DNA of 64,000 nucleotides from Melittangium boletus DSM 14713 (GTDB lineage Bacteria; Myxococcota; Myxococcia; Myxococcales; Myxococcaceae): NCBI RefSeq assembly GCF_002305855.1, contig NZ_CP022163.1, positions 7,195,765 to 7,259,764 of the forward strand, read 5' to 3'. Shown piece by piece: positions 55,450 to 64,000 of this stretch (position 1 is its first letter; each line of letters starts with the position of its first letter). The notes under the pieces were generated by a model. It saw only the letters and a program-made list of their open reading frames with translations, ran no database searches and was not told where the DNA came from. The position numbers and the translations under genes were made by a program.

Positions 55450-57695
55450 ACACCGCTGGCAAGGCCCTGGCGGAGTTCATCGCCGAGGGGACGGAAATCG
55501 TCGAGTCGCTGAGCAAGGATCTGCTCGTGCTGGATCAACAGCGCGGCCTGGAGCCGGATCCGGAGCTCATCAACGGCATCTTCCGGGCGGCGCACTCGCT
55601 CAAGGGGCTGGCGGCGCTCTTCGGACAGGAGCGCATCGCGAAGCTGGCCCACCAGTCCGAGGATCTGCTGGACCGGCTGCGCCTGGGCAAGCTGTCGCTG
55701 GATGATCAGGTGCTCGACACCCTCATCGAGTCGCTGGATGCGCTCCAGTCCCTGCTGGCCGAGGCCTCGCGGGAGGAGGCGTCGGACGCCCTGGGCGAGC
55801 GGGTGTCGACGCTGGGCACCCGGCTGGCGGACCTGGGCACGGTCTCGGCCGCGTCCGACGAGGATCCATTGGATCGGTTGGAGCTGTCCGAGCAGGTGCG
55901 GGCCGTCTTCACCGAATACGAGGAGCACCGGCTGCGCGAGAACGTGCGCCGGGGCGTGGCCCTCTACCGCGTGCGGGCCGCGTTCGACCTGTCCGACTTC
56001 GACACGGGCCTCACCGAGCTCAACGCGCGCCTCAAGCCCCTGGGCGAGGTCGTCAGCACACTGCCTTCCTCGGAGCCGGGAGGCCTGTCGGGCATCGCGT
56101 TCGATCTCATCTTCGGCGCCCGGGTATCGACCGAGGAGCTGACGCAGAAGCTCGAGGGGACGCCCGCTCAGCTCTTCGCGCTCGTCACCCGTCCGGCCGC
56201 CGCCCCCGTCACCCCGCGGGCCCCGGCGGCTCCGCCCGTGCCGCCGGCCGAAGCGGGGTCCACCCCGGTTCGGAAGACGGCCAAACGCAAGCCCCGGACG
56301 CCCAAGGCACCCGCTCCGCAGACGCCTCCAGACGAGCCGCTCGCCGCCGCCTCGAGCACGATGCCCACGCTGCGCGCGCTCGAAGCCGTCTCCTCCGGGG
56401 AGGCCTCGTCCTCGTCTCCGGTGCGCACGCTGGTGCAGGAGTCGCCCACTCCCCGGGGGACTCGCTCGGAGGGCGAGTCCGCGCGGAGCCTGACCCAGAC
56501 GGTGCGCGTGGACATCCGCCGGCTGGACGCCTTGATGAACACCGTGGGCGAGTTGTTGCTCATCAAGGCCAACCTGCAGCGCATGGTGGAGAACGTGCGG
56601 CTGGACGCCGGGGTGTCGCTCTCCAAGGTGTGGGGCCAGGAGCTGTCGCGCGAGACGCGGCAGCTCGAGCGCAAGCTGGACGCGCTCCAGGAGGGGCTGC
56701 TCGAGGCGCGCATGGTGCCGGTGGGCCAGGTGTTCGACCGGCTCGCGCGGCTGGTGCGCCGCATCGCGCGGGAGGTGGGCAAGGAGATCGACTTCATCAT
56801 CGGCGGCGGCGACGTGGAGCTGGACAAGCTCATCGTCGAGGAGCTGAGCGATCCCCTCATGCACATCATCCGCAACGCCATCGACCATGGGGCCGAGTCC
56901 CCCGAGGCGCGGCAGGCGGTGGGCAAGCCCCGGCGGGCACGGATCTCCCTGCACGCCGAGCAGAAGGGCAACCACGTCGTCATCGAGGTGAGCGACGACG
57001 GGGCGGGCATCGACGAGCTGGGGGTGCGCGAGCTGGCGCTGCGCAAGGGCCTCATCACCGATGCGCAGGCGCGCGAGATGAGTCGGCGCGAGCTGCTCAA
57101 CCTCATCTTCCTGCCGGGCTTCTCCACGGCGAGCAGCGTGAGCGAGCTGTCGGGCCGGGGCGTGGGCCTGGACGTGGTGAAGAACAACATCGGCAACCTG
57201 TCCGGCATCATCGACGTGTGGAGCGAGCGGGGACAGGGCACCGCCTTCCACCTCACGCTGCCCGTCACCCTGGCCATCATCCGTGCCCTGGTGGTGGGCG
57301 TGAGTGGCCGCACCTACGCGGTGCCGCTCAACAGCGTGCTGGAGATCCTGTCCGTCAAACCCTCGGAAATCCGCACCGTGGAGCGGCGCGAGGTGCTGGA
57401 CGTGCGTGGCACCACGCTGCCCCTCATGCGGCTGGCGCGGGTGTTCGGCCATCCGGAGAGCCATCCCGAGCGCCACTTCGTGGTGGTGGCGGGGCTCGCC
57501 CAGGAGCGCTTGGGCATCGCGGTGGATGAACTCCAGGGCCAGCAGGACATCGTCGTCAAGTCCCTGGGGGGCCGGTTGCAGGGCGTGCGAGGGATTTCGG
57601 GGGCGGCGGACCTGGCCAATCGCCGCACGGTGCTGGTGTTGGACGTGGGCGCCTTGCTCGAAGAGGGGATGAGCACGGAGCGCCGCCGGGCGTGA
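55446..57695 (+). CDS. cheA: Chemotaxis histidine kinase CheA
   Basis: Hpt (AAHSLKGLAALFG), Pro/Ala-rich linker, dimerization domain, HATPase (HIIRNAIDHG, DDGAGI, GRGVGLDVV), C-terminal CheW-like domain. GTG start overlapping the cheY stop. Confidence 0.9.
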   Translation: MNTAGKALAEFIAEGTEIVESLSKDLLVLDQQRGLEPDPELINGIFRAAHSLKGLAALFGQERIAKLAHQSEDLLDRLRLGKLSLDDQVLDTLIESLDALQSLLAEASREEASDALGERVSTLGTRLADLGTVSAASDEDPLDRLELSEQVRAVFTEYEEHRLRENVRRGVALYRVRAAFDLSDFDTGLTELNARLKPLGEVVSTLPSSEPGGLSGIAFDLIFGARVSTEELTQKLEGTPAQLFALVTRPAAAPVTPRAPAAPPVPPAEAGSTPVRKTAKRKPRTPKAPAPQTPPDEPLAAASSTMPTLRALEAVSSGEASSSSPVRTLVQESPTPRGTRSEGESARSLTQTVRVDIRRLDALMNTVGELLLIKANLQRMVENVRLDAGVSLSKVWGQELSRETRQLERKLDALQEGLLEARMVPVGQVFDRLARLVRRIAREVGKEIDFIIGGGDVELDKLIVEELSDPLMHIIRNAIDHGAESPEARQAVGKPRRARISLHAEQKGNHVVIEVSDDGAGIDELGVRELALRKGLITDAQAREMSRRELLNLIFLPGFSTASSVSELSGRGVGLDVVKNNIGNLSGIIDVWSERGQGTAFHLTLPVTLAIIRALVVGVSGRTYAVPLNSVLEILSVKPSEIRTVERREVLDVRGTTLPLMRLARVFGHPESHPERHFVVVAGLAQERLGIAVDELQGQQDIVVKSLGGRLQGVRGISGAADLANRRTVLVLDVGALLEEGMSTERRRA

Positions 57696-57728
57696 TCCCC
57701 CGGACGCGGGCCTGCTATCTTCGGCGCC

Positions 57729-58292
57729 GTGCCTTCCCTGTCCGCACTGCTCGACGATTTCTTCTACCGCCCGGATGAGGACGTCGGCCCCATCCAGGAG
57801 GTGGTGGCCGGTACCGATGAGTCCATCGAGCCCGCGGCGGAAGAGGTGCCCGAGGAGTATCTGGCCTTCCGGCTGGAGGGCGAAATCTACGCGGTCCCCA
57901 TCCACGGCGTACGGGAGATCGTGAAGGTGCCGCCGCTGACGGAGGTGCCCCGGGCCGCCTCCAACCTGCTGGGCGTCATGTACCTGCGGGGCGAGGTGTT
58001 GCCCGTCTATGACATCAAGGTGAAGCTGCGCCTGGCGGACAAGGCGCCCCTGGTGGCCGGCCCCGAGGCGCCACCTCCTCCTCGCGGTGCGCGCATCATC
58101 GTCGTGCAGACGGCGGACGGGTTGGCGGGCATCTGGGTGGATGCCGTTTCCGAGGTGGTGCGGCTGCGGCCGTCCATGCTGGAGTTGGCCCCTCCGGGGG
58201 TCGGAGGAGGGGAGCGCGACTGCGTGGTGGGGCTCGGGCGGCGGAAACAGGAACTCTTCATCCTGCTCGACATCTGGCAGGCCCTTTCATGA
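57729..58292 (+). CDS. cheW: CheW-like coupling protein
   Basis: EYLAFRLEGEIYAVPIHGVREIV pattern. GTG start. Confidence 0.8.
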   Translation: MPSLSALLDDFFYRPDEDVGPIQEVVAGTDESIEPAAEEVPEEYLAFRLEGEIYAVPIHGVREIVKVPPLTEVPRAASNLLGVMYLRGEVLPVYDIKVKLRLADKAPLVAGPEAPPPPRGARIIVVQTADGLAGIWVDAVSEVVRLRPSMLELAPPGVGGGERDCVVGLGRRKQELFILLDIWQALS

Positions 58293-58852
58293 GACAACGT
58301 GCGCTCACCCTGAGCCGTCTGACCTCCTCGCGCGTGGAAGAACGGACCGAAGCGGAGCGGGATCCCCTCGTGCAACTGTGCGCCTTCTTCGTGGGGGCCG
58401 AGGAGTACGCGGTGGACATCATGCGGGTGGAGGAAATCCTCCAGCCCCAGCGCCTGACGCCCGTGCGCGGCGCGCCCGCCTTCCTCGAGGGCGTCATCCG
58501 GTTGCGCGGCGCCATCCTCCCCGTCGTGGACCTGCGCAAGCGGCTGCTCGGCGTGGAGGCTCCGGTGGACACGCCCAAGACGCGGCTGCTGGTGTGCTGG
58601 GTGGGCCGCCGGCGGGTGGCCTTCACCGTGGACCGCGTCTCCGAGGTGGTGCGGCTGCGGCGCAGTGAGATCAAACCCGCGCCGGCGCTCGGGGCGGTGG
58701 GCCCGGGCCCCTTCGTGGTGGGGGTGTACGGAGATCCGGAGACCCGTGAGTCGCACGGCACCGATGCGGAGCGGCTCAAGTTGTTGTTGGATGTGAAGGC
58801 ACTGCTGCTGGCGGAGATGGTGCGCGACTCCGGCCGGAGGGTGAACGGATGA
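58289..58852 (+). CDS. cheW: CheW-like coupling protein (second copy)
   Basis: QLCAFFVGAEEYAVDIMRVEEIL. ATGA overlap with the upstream gene. Confidence 0.8.
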   Translation: MRQRALTLSRLTSSRVEERTEAERDPLVQLCAFFVGAEEYAVDIMRVEEILQPQRLTPVRGAPAFLEGVIRLRGAILPVVDLRKRLLGVEAPVDTPKTRLLVCWVGRRRVAFTVDRVSEVVRLRRSEIKPAPALGAVGPGPFVVGVYGDPETRESHGTDAERLKLLLDVKALLLAEMVRDSGRRVNG

Positions 58853-60825
58853 GCGAGGAGGGGCGCAACGCAGAGGAACTGCGATACCGGGCCCTGCTGG
58901 CGTTGGACGTCTTCCGGACGGATGCTCGCGAGCGCCTCGTGGAGGGGTTGCACGACGAGAGCTGGCGCGTGCGGCGCGCCGCGGCGGGCGGCTTCGCCCG
59001 GGTTCCTGGACGCGCGGCCTCGGTGGAACGGCTCATCTCCGTGCTCGGGGAGCGCGACGAGACGGGGGCGCGCAACGCCGCGGCCGAGGCGCTGGTGAGC
59101 CTGGGCTCCGCGTCCGTGGGGCCGTTGGTGCGGCTGCTCGGGCACGTGGATCCGGATCAGCGCAAGTTCGCCGCGGACATTCTCGGCCAGCTCGCCCGGC
59201 CGGAGGCGGAGGATGCCCTGGTGTCCGTGTTGCTGGAGGATGGCGACCTCAACGTGCGGGTGGCCGCGGCCGAGGCGCTGGGCCGCATGGCGGGACGCAG
59301 TGGCGCGCGCGCGTTGGAGCGGACCCTCAACGACGTCGAGCCCCTGTTGCGCCTGAGCGCCCTGGAATCGCTCGCGGCGCTGCGGCAGCCTCCCCCGCTG
59401 TCCGACGTGCTCCCCCTGTTGAACAACCCCCTGCTCAAGCGCAGCGCCTACCGGGTGCTCGGGCTCATTCCCCGCCTGGAGGCGACGGAACTCGTGTGCC
59501 GCGGACTGGGGGCGGAGTCGCGCTCCACCCGCGAGGCGGCGCTCGTGGCGTTGGGGCAGCAGGCGGCGCTGACGGCGCCCTCCCTCCGGTCGGCCATGGA
59601 CGTGGCGGTGTCCCAGGTGCTCCAGCGCCTGCCCGAGGCCTCGGGGTGGGTGGCGAGCGCGTTGGAGTCGGAGGACCTGGAGCTGCGGGCCGGAGCGCTC
59701 GTGGTGGCGGCGGTCCTTCGCTCGCCCAAGCTGGCGCCCCTGGTGGCGGAGGTGGCGCAGGAGGAGCGGTTGGTGCCCGAGGTCATGCGCACGCTCGCGT
59801 GCTTCGGTCCGGAAACCGGGCGCGAGCTGCTGGCGAGCATGGGCCGGCTGTCCTTCCCGGCGCGCGAGGCCGCGGGGCAGGTCCTGGTGGAGATGGTGGA
59901 CGCCTCGTTCGTTCCCGAGCTCGTGCAGATGCTCGACTGGGGAGAGCTGGACGTGAAGAGCGTGGCGGTGCGGGCGCTCGGGCGTACGGGCTCCCGGGAT
60001 GCCGTGGCGCCGCTCGCCCAGCTGTTGTCCGATCCGGAGATGGCCGCGCTGGCGGCGCGAGCCCTGGTGTCCCTGGCGACGAGCCACCGCGACCTGGTGC
60101 TCCAGGTGCTGGAGTCGGCCCTGGAAGGCGGCGCGGAGCCCGCGGTGCTCAACGCGCTGGTGCGGGTGGGTGGCACCGCCAAGCTGCCCCTGGTCCGGCG
60201 GATCGCGAGCCAGGCGTCCGTGTCGTTGCGCGCCACCGCCGTGGAGGTGGTGGCCGCGGTGGATCCCGTCGGAGGGCTGGAGCTGGCCCGGTCCGCCTTG
60301 GTGGACGAGTCCTCCTCGGTGCGCGCCGCCGCGGTGCGGGTGATCGGCCAGCTCGGGGATGCCTCCATGGCGGAACTGCTCGCGCGGGCCCTGGCCGATA
60401 GCGCCCTGGAGGTCCAGCTCTCCGCCCTGGAGGCCGTGGGGGAGTGCGGGGCCCTGGAGCGGGCGGGGGATCTGGAGTCCCTGGTGCGCCACCCGGACGG
60501 CGCCATCGCCTTCCGCGCGGTGCGCTCGCTGGCGCGGCTGGGGCTGCTTCGGGACGAGGTGCTCGCGCGCGCGGTGTCTCATGAGGATCACGAGGTGGTG
60601 AAGGCGGCGCTCCAGGCGGGCGCGGATCGAGGCGGAGGCGAGGCCCTGGCGCTGGAGCTGTTGGGCCATGCGCGCTGGGACGTGAGGGCGGCGGCGGCTC
60701 GGGTGCTGGCGGACTCCGGCGGGACGAGCAGCCTGCCGACGATGCTGGCCGCGCTGTCCTTGGAGACGGATACGCTGGCCCGTCGAGCGCTGGTGGACGC
60801 GGTGGAACGGCTGTCGGGACGCTGA
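58849..60825 (+). CDS. HEAT-repeat protein (PBS-lyase HEAT-like repeats, Cpc7-like) in che operon
   Basis: About 15 repeats of the form ...VR.AAA.ALG.LG....LL..L.D.... 658 aa. ATGA overlap with the cheW stop. Confidence 0.75.
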   Translation: MSEEGRNAEELRYRALLALDVFRTDARERLVEGLHDESWRVRRAAAGGFARVPGRAASVERLISVLGERDETGARNAAAEALVSLGSASVGPLVRLLGHVDPDQRKFAADILGQLARPEAEDALVSVLLEDGDLNVRVAAAEALGRMAGRSGARALERTLNDVEPLLRLSALESLAALRQPPPLSDVLPLLNNPLLKRSAYRVLGLIPRLEATELVCRGLGAESRSTREAALVALGQQAALTAPSLRSAMDVAVSQVLQRLPEASGWVASALESEDLELRAGALVVAAVLRSPKLAPLVAEVAQEERLVPEVMRTLACFGPETGRELLASMGRLSFPAREAAGQVLVEMVDASFVPELVQMLDWGELDVKSVAVRALGRTGSRDAVAPLAQLLSDPEMAALAARALVSLATSHRDLVLQVLESALEGGAEPAVLNALVRVGGTAKLPLVRRIASQASVSLRATAVEVVAAVDPVGGLELARSALVDESSSVRAAAVRVIGQLGDASMAELLARALADSALEVQLSALEAVGECGALERAGDLESLVRHPDGAIAFRAVRSLARLGLLRDEVLARAVSHEDHEVVKAALQAGADRGGGEALALELLGHARWDVRAAAARVLADSGGTSSLPTMLAALSLETDTLARRALVDAVERLSGR

Positions 60826-60844
60826 GTCGGGGAGGATCGCGGGG

Positions 60845-61714
60845 GTGATGCCTTTCGATACAGGCCGGCCGGAGATGAACGTGGAGGAGTTCCGCCTGCT
60901 GCGCGACTTCGTGTACGCCTATTGCGGCATCCTGGTGCGCGACGACATGAAGTACGTCATGCAGCGGCGGTTGTGGCCCCGGTTGGAGGCGCTGGGCCTC
61001 ACGGACTTCGGCTCCTACTACCGCTACCTGCGCTTCGATGCCCAGCGCCGCCCCGAGCTGGAGACGGCCATCGAGGCCCTCACCACGCACGAGACGTACT
61101 TCTTCCGCGAGCCCCGTCAGCTCAAGGCCTTCTCCGACGAAGTCCTCCCCGTGTTGGAGCGGCGCAACGCGCGCACGCGCCGGCTGCGGGTGTGGTCCGC
61201 GGGCTGCTCCTCCGGCGAGGAGGCCTACACGCTGGCCATGCTCCTCAAGGAGAGCGGGCGCTTCGAGGGGTGGGATGTCGAGGTGCACGGCTCGGACATC
61301 TCGCGCCGGGTGCTGGCGGTGGCTCGGCAGGGCGAGTACGGGCCGAGCGCGCTCCGGGCCACGTCCGCGGATCAGCTCTCGCGCTATTTCGTCCAGCTGG
61401 GGCCCAACCGGGTGCGCGTGCGCGACGACATCCGCGCCCTGGTGTCCTTCGGGCACCACAACCTGCAGGAGCCGGAGCAGGGCTCGTGCAGCTCCCGGAT
61501 GGACGCCGTCTTCTGCCGCAACGTGCTCATCTACTTCGACACGCCCGCGCGCCAGCGCGTGCTGCGTCTCATCTACGAGAAGCTGACGCCGGGTGGCTAT
61601 TTGATGCTGGGGCACTCGGAGAACCTCATCAACCTGAGCGCGGATTTCGAGCTGGTGCATCTGCGCGGAGATCTCGTCTACCGCCGGCCGGAGCTGGGTG
61701 GGTGGAGCCCATGA
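60845..61714 (+). CDS. cheR: Chemotaxis methyltransferase CheR
   Basis: ETYFFRE, VWSAGCSSGEEAYTLAML, CRNVLIYF. Confidence 0.85.
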   Translation: MMPFDTGRPEMNVEEFRLLRDFVYAYCGILVRDDMKYVMQRRLWPRLEALGLTDFGSYYRYLRFDAQRRPELETAIEALTTHETYFFREPRQLKAFSDEVLPVLERRNARTRRLRVWSAGCSSGEEAYTLAMLLKESGRFEGWDVEVHGSDISRRVLAVARQGEYGPSALRATSADQLSRYFVQLGPNRVRVRDDIRALVSFGHHNLQEPEQGSCSSRMDAVFCRNVLIYFDTPARQRVLRLIYEKLTPGGYLMLGHSENLINLSADFELVHLRGDLVYRRPELGGWSP

Positions 61715-62745
61715 GCATCCTGGCGCCCGTGAAGGTGCTGGTGGTGGACGACTCGGAGTCCAACCGGAGGTTGTTGACGGAGCTGCTGGAGTCCGCGCCG
61801 GACCTGCGGGTGGTGAGCACCGCGGCGGATGGCAACGAGGGTCTGCGCCAGGTGATGGCCCTGCACCCGGACGTGGTGACGTTGGATCTGGAGATGCCGC
61901 GCCTGGGGGGCTACTCCTTCCTGCGCCTGCTCAAGAGCACCGCGCCCACGCCCGTCATCGTCATCTCCAGCTACGCGCACCAGGCGGACGTCTTCAAGGC
62001 GCTGGAGCTGGGCGCCATCGACTTCATCGCCAAGCCGTCGCGCCCCACGCCCGAGGCGGTGGAGAAGCTGCGCCGGGAGCTCCAGGACAAGGTGCGCGCG
62101 GCCCGGCAGCTCCGCCCGGATCGGGCTCCGCCGCCCCCGCGCCGTCCCCGGGGACTCCCGCTGGAGCCCTCGTTCGTGGTGGGGGTGGGCGCCTCCACGG
62201 GGGGTCCCCCCGCGGTGCAGCGGCTCATGGAAGCGCTCTCGGCCGAGCCGTCGGTGAGCATGCTGGTGTGCCAGCACATGCCCCGGCAGTTCACCCGGGC
62301 CTTCGCCGAGCGCTTGGATCGCCTGGGCCCCTTCACCGTGCGCGAGGCGCAGGAGGGGGATGTGCTCCAGCCGGGCCACGTCTTCATCGCGCCCGGTGGC
62401 CGGCAGCTGGTGGTGTACCGCCAGGGCGGGCAGTACACGCTGGGCACGCCCCCTCCGACGATGCAGGACAAGCACGCGCCCTCCGTGGATCGGCTCTTCA
62501 TGAGCCTGGCCGAGGTGTTCGGCGCGCGCTCGGTGGGTGTGGTACTGACGGGCATGGGCTCGGATGGAGCCCAGGGCGCGCGGAGCATCCACAAGGCGGG
62601 CGGTGAGGTGTGGGCGGAGTCGGAGCGCACGGCGGTCGTCTACGGAATGCCCCAGGAAGCGGTGGCCACGGGCGCGGTGAGCCGCGTGCTGCCCCTGGGC
62701 GAGATTGGCCCCGCGCTGGTGGAACTGGCGCGCAAGAGACGGTGA
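61711..62745 (+). CDS. cheB: Chemotaxis methylesterase CheB (REC plus esterase)
   Basis: REC VLVVDDS...LDLEMP. Esterase GASTGGP, active-site region GMGSDG, His in VCQHMP. Start ATG at 61711 overlapping the cheR stop. The upstream in-frame extension (60922) is rejected. Confidence 0.85.
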   Translation: MSILAPVKVLVVDDSESNRRLLTELLESAPDLRVVSTAADGNEGLRQVMALHPDVVTLDLEMPRLGGYSFLRLLKSTAPTPVIVISSYAHQADVFKALELGAIDFIAKPSRPTPEAVEKLRRELQDKVRAARQLRPDRAPPPPRRPRGLPLEPSFVVGVGASTGGPPAVQRLMEALSAEPSVSMLVCQHMPRQFTRAFAERLDRLGPFTVREAQEGDVLQPGHVFIAPGGRQLVVYRQGGQYTLGTPPPTMQDKHAPSVDRLFMSLAEVFGARSVGVVLTGMGSDGAQGARSIHKAGGEVWAESERTAVVYGMPQEAVATGAVSRVLPLGEIGPALVELARKRR

Positions 62746-62746
62746 C

Positions 62747-63553
62747 ATGAAGACTTTTCCTTCCGAGTTCGCGGACCTGCTGACGCCCAAGGGGCGGCGC
62801 ATCCTCGAGGGCAGAGACAACGACGCGTGCGGCAAGCTGCTCAAGCCGGGCCACCGCTTCGTGGCGCTCAGCGGGGTGCTGGACGCGCGCAAGGCGGCGG
62901 CGTGCCGGGACGAGCTGGACAGGGCCCTGGAGAGCACCCTCACGCTCATGGAGGACCCCATCCCCCCGGAGAGCATCTTCGGGATGACGGAGAACTACGA
63001 GGAGCTGCTGCCCAAGACGGTGCGGGTGCGCACGGCCCTGCTGGAGAGCCGGCGCTCGCGCTCGTGGGCCGCGGCCGAGCGGGTGGGCCTGGTGGAGATG
63101 ATGCGCTCGGACAGCTTCGCGGCCTTCGCGGCGGCGGTGAGCGGCCGGCCCCTGCGGCGCAAGTGGGGCATCCAGGTGCTGTGCTACGGCCCGGGGGACT
63201 ACGCGGGCCCTCACAACGATCACCACCCCGAGGACGCCGAGGCCGCCAACGGCTACGTGGACATGCACCTCACGTTCGCCACGCGCGCCGTGGCACACCA
63301 GTGGCTCATCTACTCCAAGCAGGGCCACTTCTCGCAGATGCGGAGCGTGAACACGCTGGGGGGCATCACCCTGTACCGGCTGCCCTTCTGGCACTACACC
63401 ACGCCGCTCATGGCGAAGCCGGGCGCGGAAGCGGACGCGCGGCGGTGGGTGCTCCTGGGCACCTTCCTGGACGCGCCCGAGCAGCGTCGCCGCAACACCG
63501 CCATCGAGCCGCCCCCGGTGTCCGCGGCCTCGGTGCTGCTCCACAAGCGGTAG
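62747..63553 (+). CDS. Hypothetical protein, possible 2OG-Fe(II) oxygenase-like fold
   Basis: Starts 2 nt after the cheB stop. GPGDYAGPHNDHHPED...H pattern suggestive of an HxD...H facial triad. Weak assignment. Confidence 0.5.
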   Translation: MKTFPSEFADLLTPKGRRILEGRDNDACGKLLKPGHRFVALSGVLDARKAAACRDELDRALESTLTLMEDPIPPESIFGMTENYEELLPKTVRVRTALLESRRSRSWAAAERVGLVEMMRSDSFAAFAAAVSGRPLRRKWGIQVLCYGPGDYAGPHNDHHPEDAEAANGYVDMHLTFATRAVAHQWLIYSKQGHFSQMRSVNTLGGITLYRLPFWHYTTPLMAKPGAEADARRWVLLGTFLDAPEQRRRNTAIEPPPVSAASVLLHKR

Positions 63554-63584
63554 AAAAGAATCGGGTAAGACTTACACTGACGTC

Positions 63585-64000
63585 ATGATCGACGAACTGG
63601 TGAGGACGTTGGGCCTGTTGCCGCACCCGGAGGGGGGGTTCTACCGGGAGACATGGCGCTCCTCGTCGCGCGTGGAGACACCCCGCGGGACGCGTGCGTT
63701 GGACACCGCCATCTACTACCTGTTGCCCCGAGGCTCCTTCGCGGCCTGGCATCGGGTGACGTCGAACGAACTCTGGCACTTCTACGACGGGCAGGCCCTG
63801 ACGCTGTACCTGCTCGACGAGAGCACGCGCCAGCTGGAGACGGTGCGCCTGGGCCGCGATGTCACGCGCGGCGAGCGGCCCCAGGTGCTGATTCCCGCGG
63901 GCATCTTGCAGGCGGCACGGCCCGAGGGGGACTACACGCTGTGCGGCTGCACGGTGAGCCCCGGCTTCGACTTCGCGGACTGGGAGATGCCCCGTGGCGA
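63585..64000 (+). CDS. DUF985-family cupin, partial (runs off window end)
   Basis: GLLPHPEGGFYRETWRS...AIYYLL...WHRV..NELWHFYDG...L typical DUF985 cupin. No stop in the window, so absent from the ORF track. Confidence 0.5.
   Translation, partial: MIDELVRTLGLLPHPEGGFYRETWRSSSRVETPRGTRALDTAIYYLLPRGSFAAWHRVTSNELWHFYDGQALTLYLLDESTRQLETVRLGRDVTRGERPQVLIPAGILQAARPEGDYTLCGCTVSPGFDFADWEMPRG

Noticed and set aside
44082-62745. N-terminal extensions of fabG (44082), glyA (46981), nrdR (48189), nusB (53785) and cheB (60922) in the track
   Set aside because: The conserved N-termini begin at internal ATGs that sit at operon junctions, for example 1 nt after the fabD stop or overlapping the cheR stop.

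Overview
High-GC (about 65-73%) window whose gene content looks like a Myxococcales (Myxococcus/Corallococcus-like) chromosome; the lineage is inferred, not tested. Two co-directional blocks meet at about 40 kb.

Minus-strand block (1-38509), in transcription order from high to low coordinate:
- A Pho regulon: phoB-phoR, a metallophosphoesterase (MPP), a second PhoB-like regulator, pstSCAB-phoU.
- A glycosyltransferase plus MPP pair that resembles the PlcP/Agt lipid-remodelling module.
- A three-gene cassette of lower GC: a CheY-like receiver, a 695-aa tandem calcineurin-like phosphoesterase, and an 1833-aa NACHT-type STAND NTPase with a long HEAT-like C-terminus. This is the candidate undescribed system (a defence or signalling module).
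- An AT-rich sigma70-like promoter immediately downstream of the cassette.
- A hybrid type I PKS-NRPS assembly line: PKS (KS-AT-DH-KR-ACP), PKS (KS-AT-DH-KR-ACP with a C-terminal docking tail), NRPS (Cy-A-PCP, probably Cys-specific, no oxidase domain), then a PKS with non-canonical KS-AT-KR-DH order and a PCP-type carrier that runs off the window start.

Plus-strand block (40167-64000):
- yceD (with rpmF inverted beside it), then plsX-fabH-fabD-fabG-acpP-fabF.
- rpiB, glyA, nrdR-ribD, an antisense P450, ribE-ribBA-ribH-nusB and a small coupled ORF.
- A che operon (cheY-cheA-cheW-cheW-HEAT/PBS-lyase-like-cheR-cheB), then a putative oxygenase and a DUF985 cupin that runs off the window end.

No rRNA, tRNA, CRISPR array or transposase was recognised. 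All domain calls rest on motifs read by eye; no searches were run. Most long plus-strand ORFs in the track over 1-19.9 kb are antisense shadows of the real minus-strand genes. The track omits genes lacking an in-window stop (1..5339 minus, 63585..64000 plus) and uses GTG/TTG as starts.
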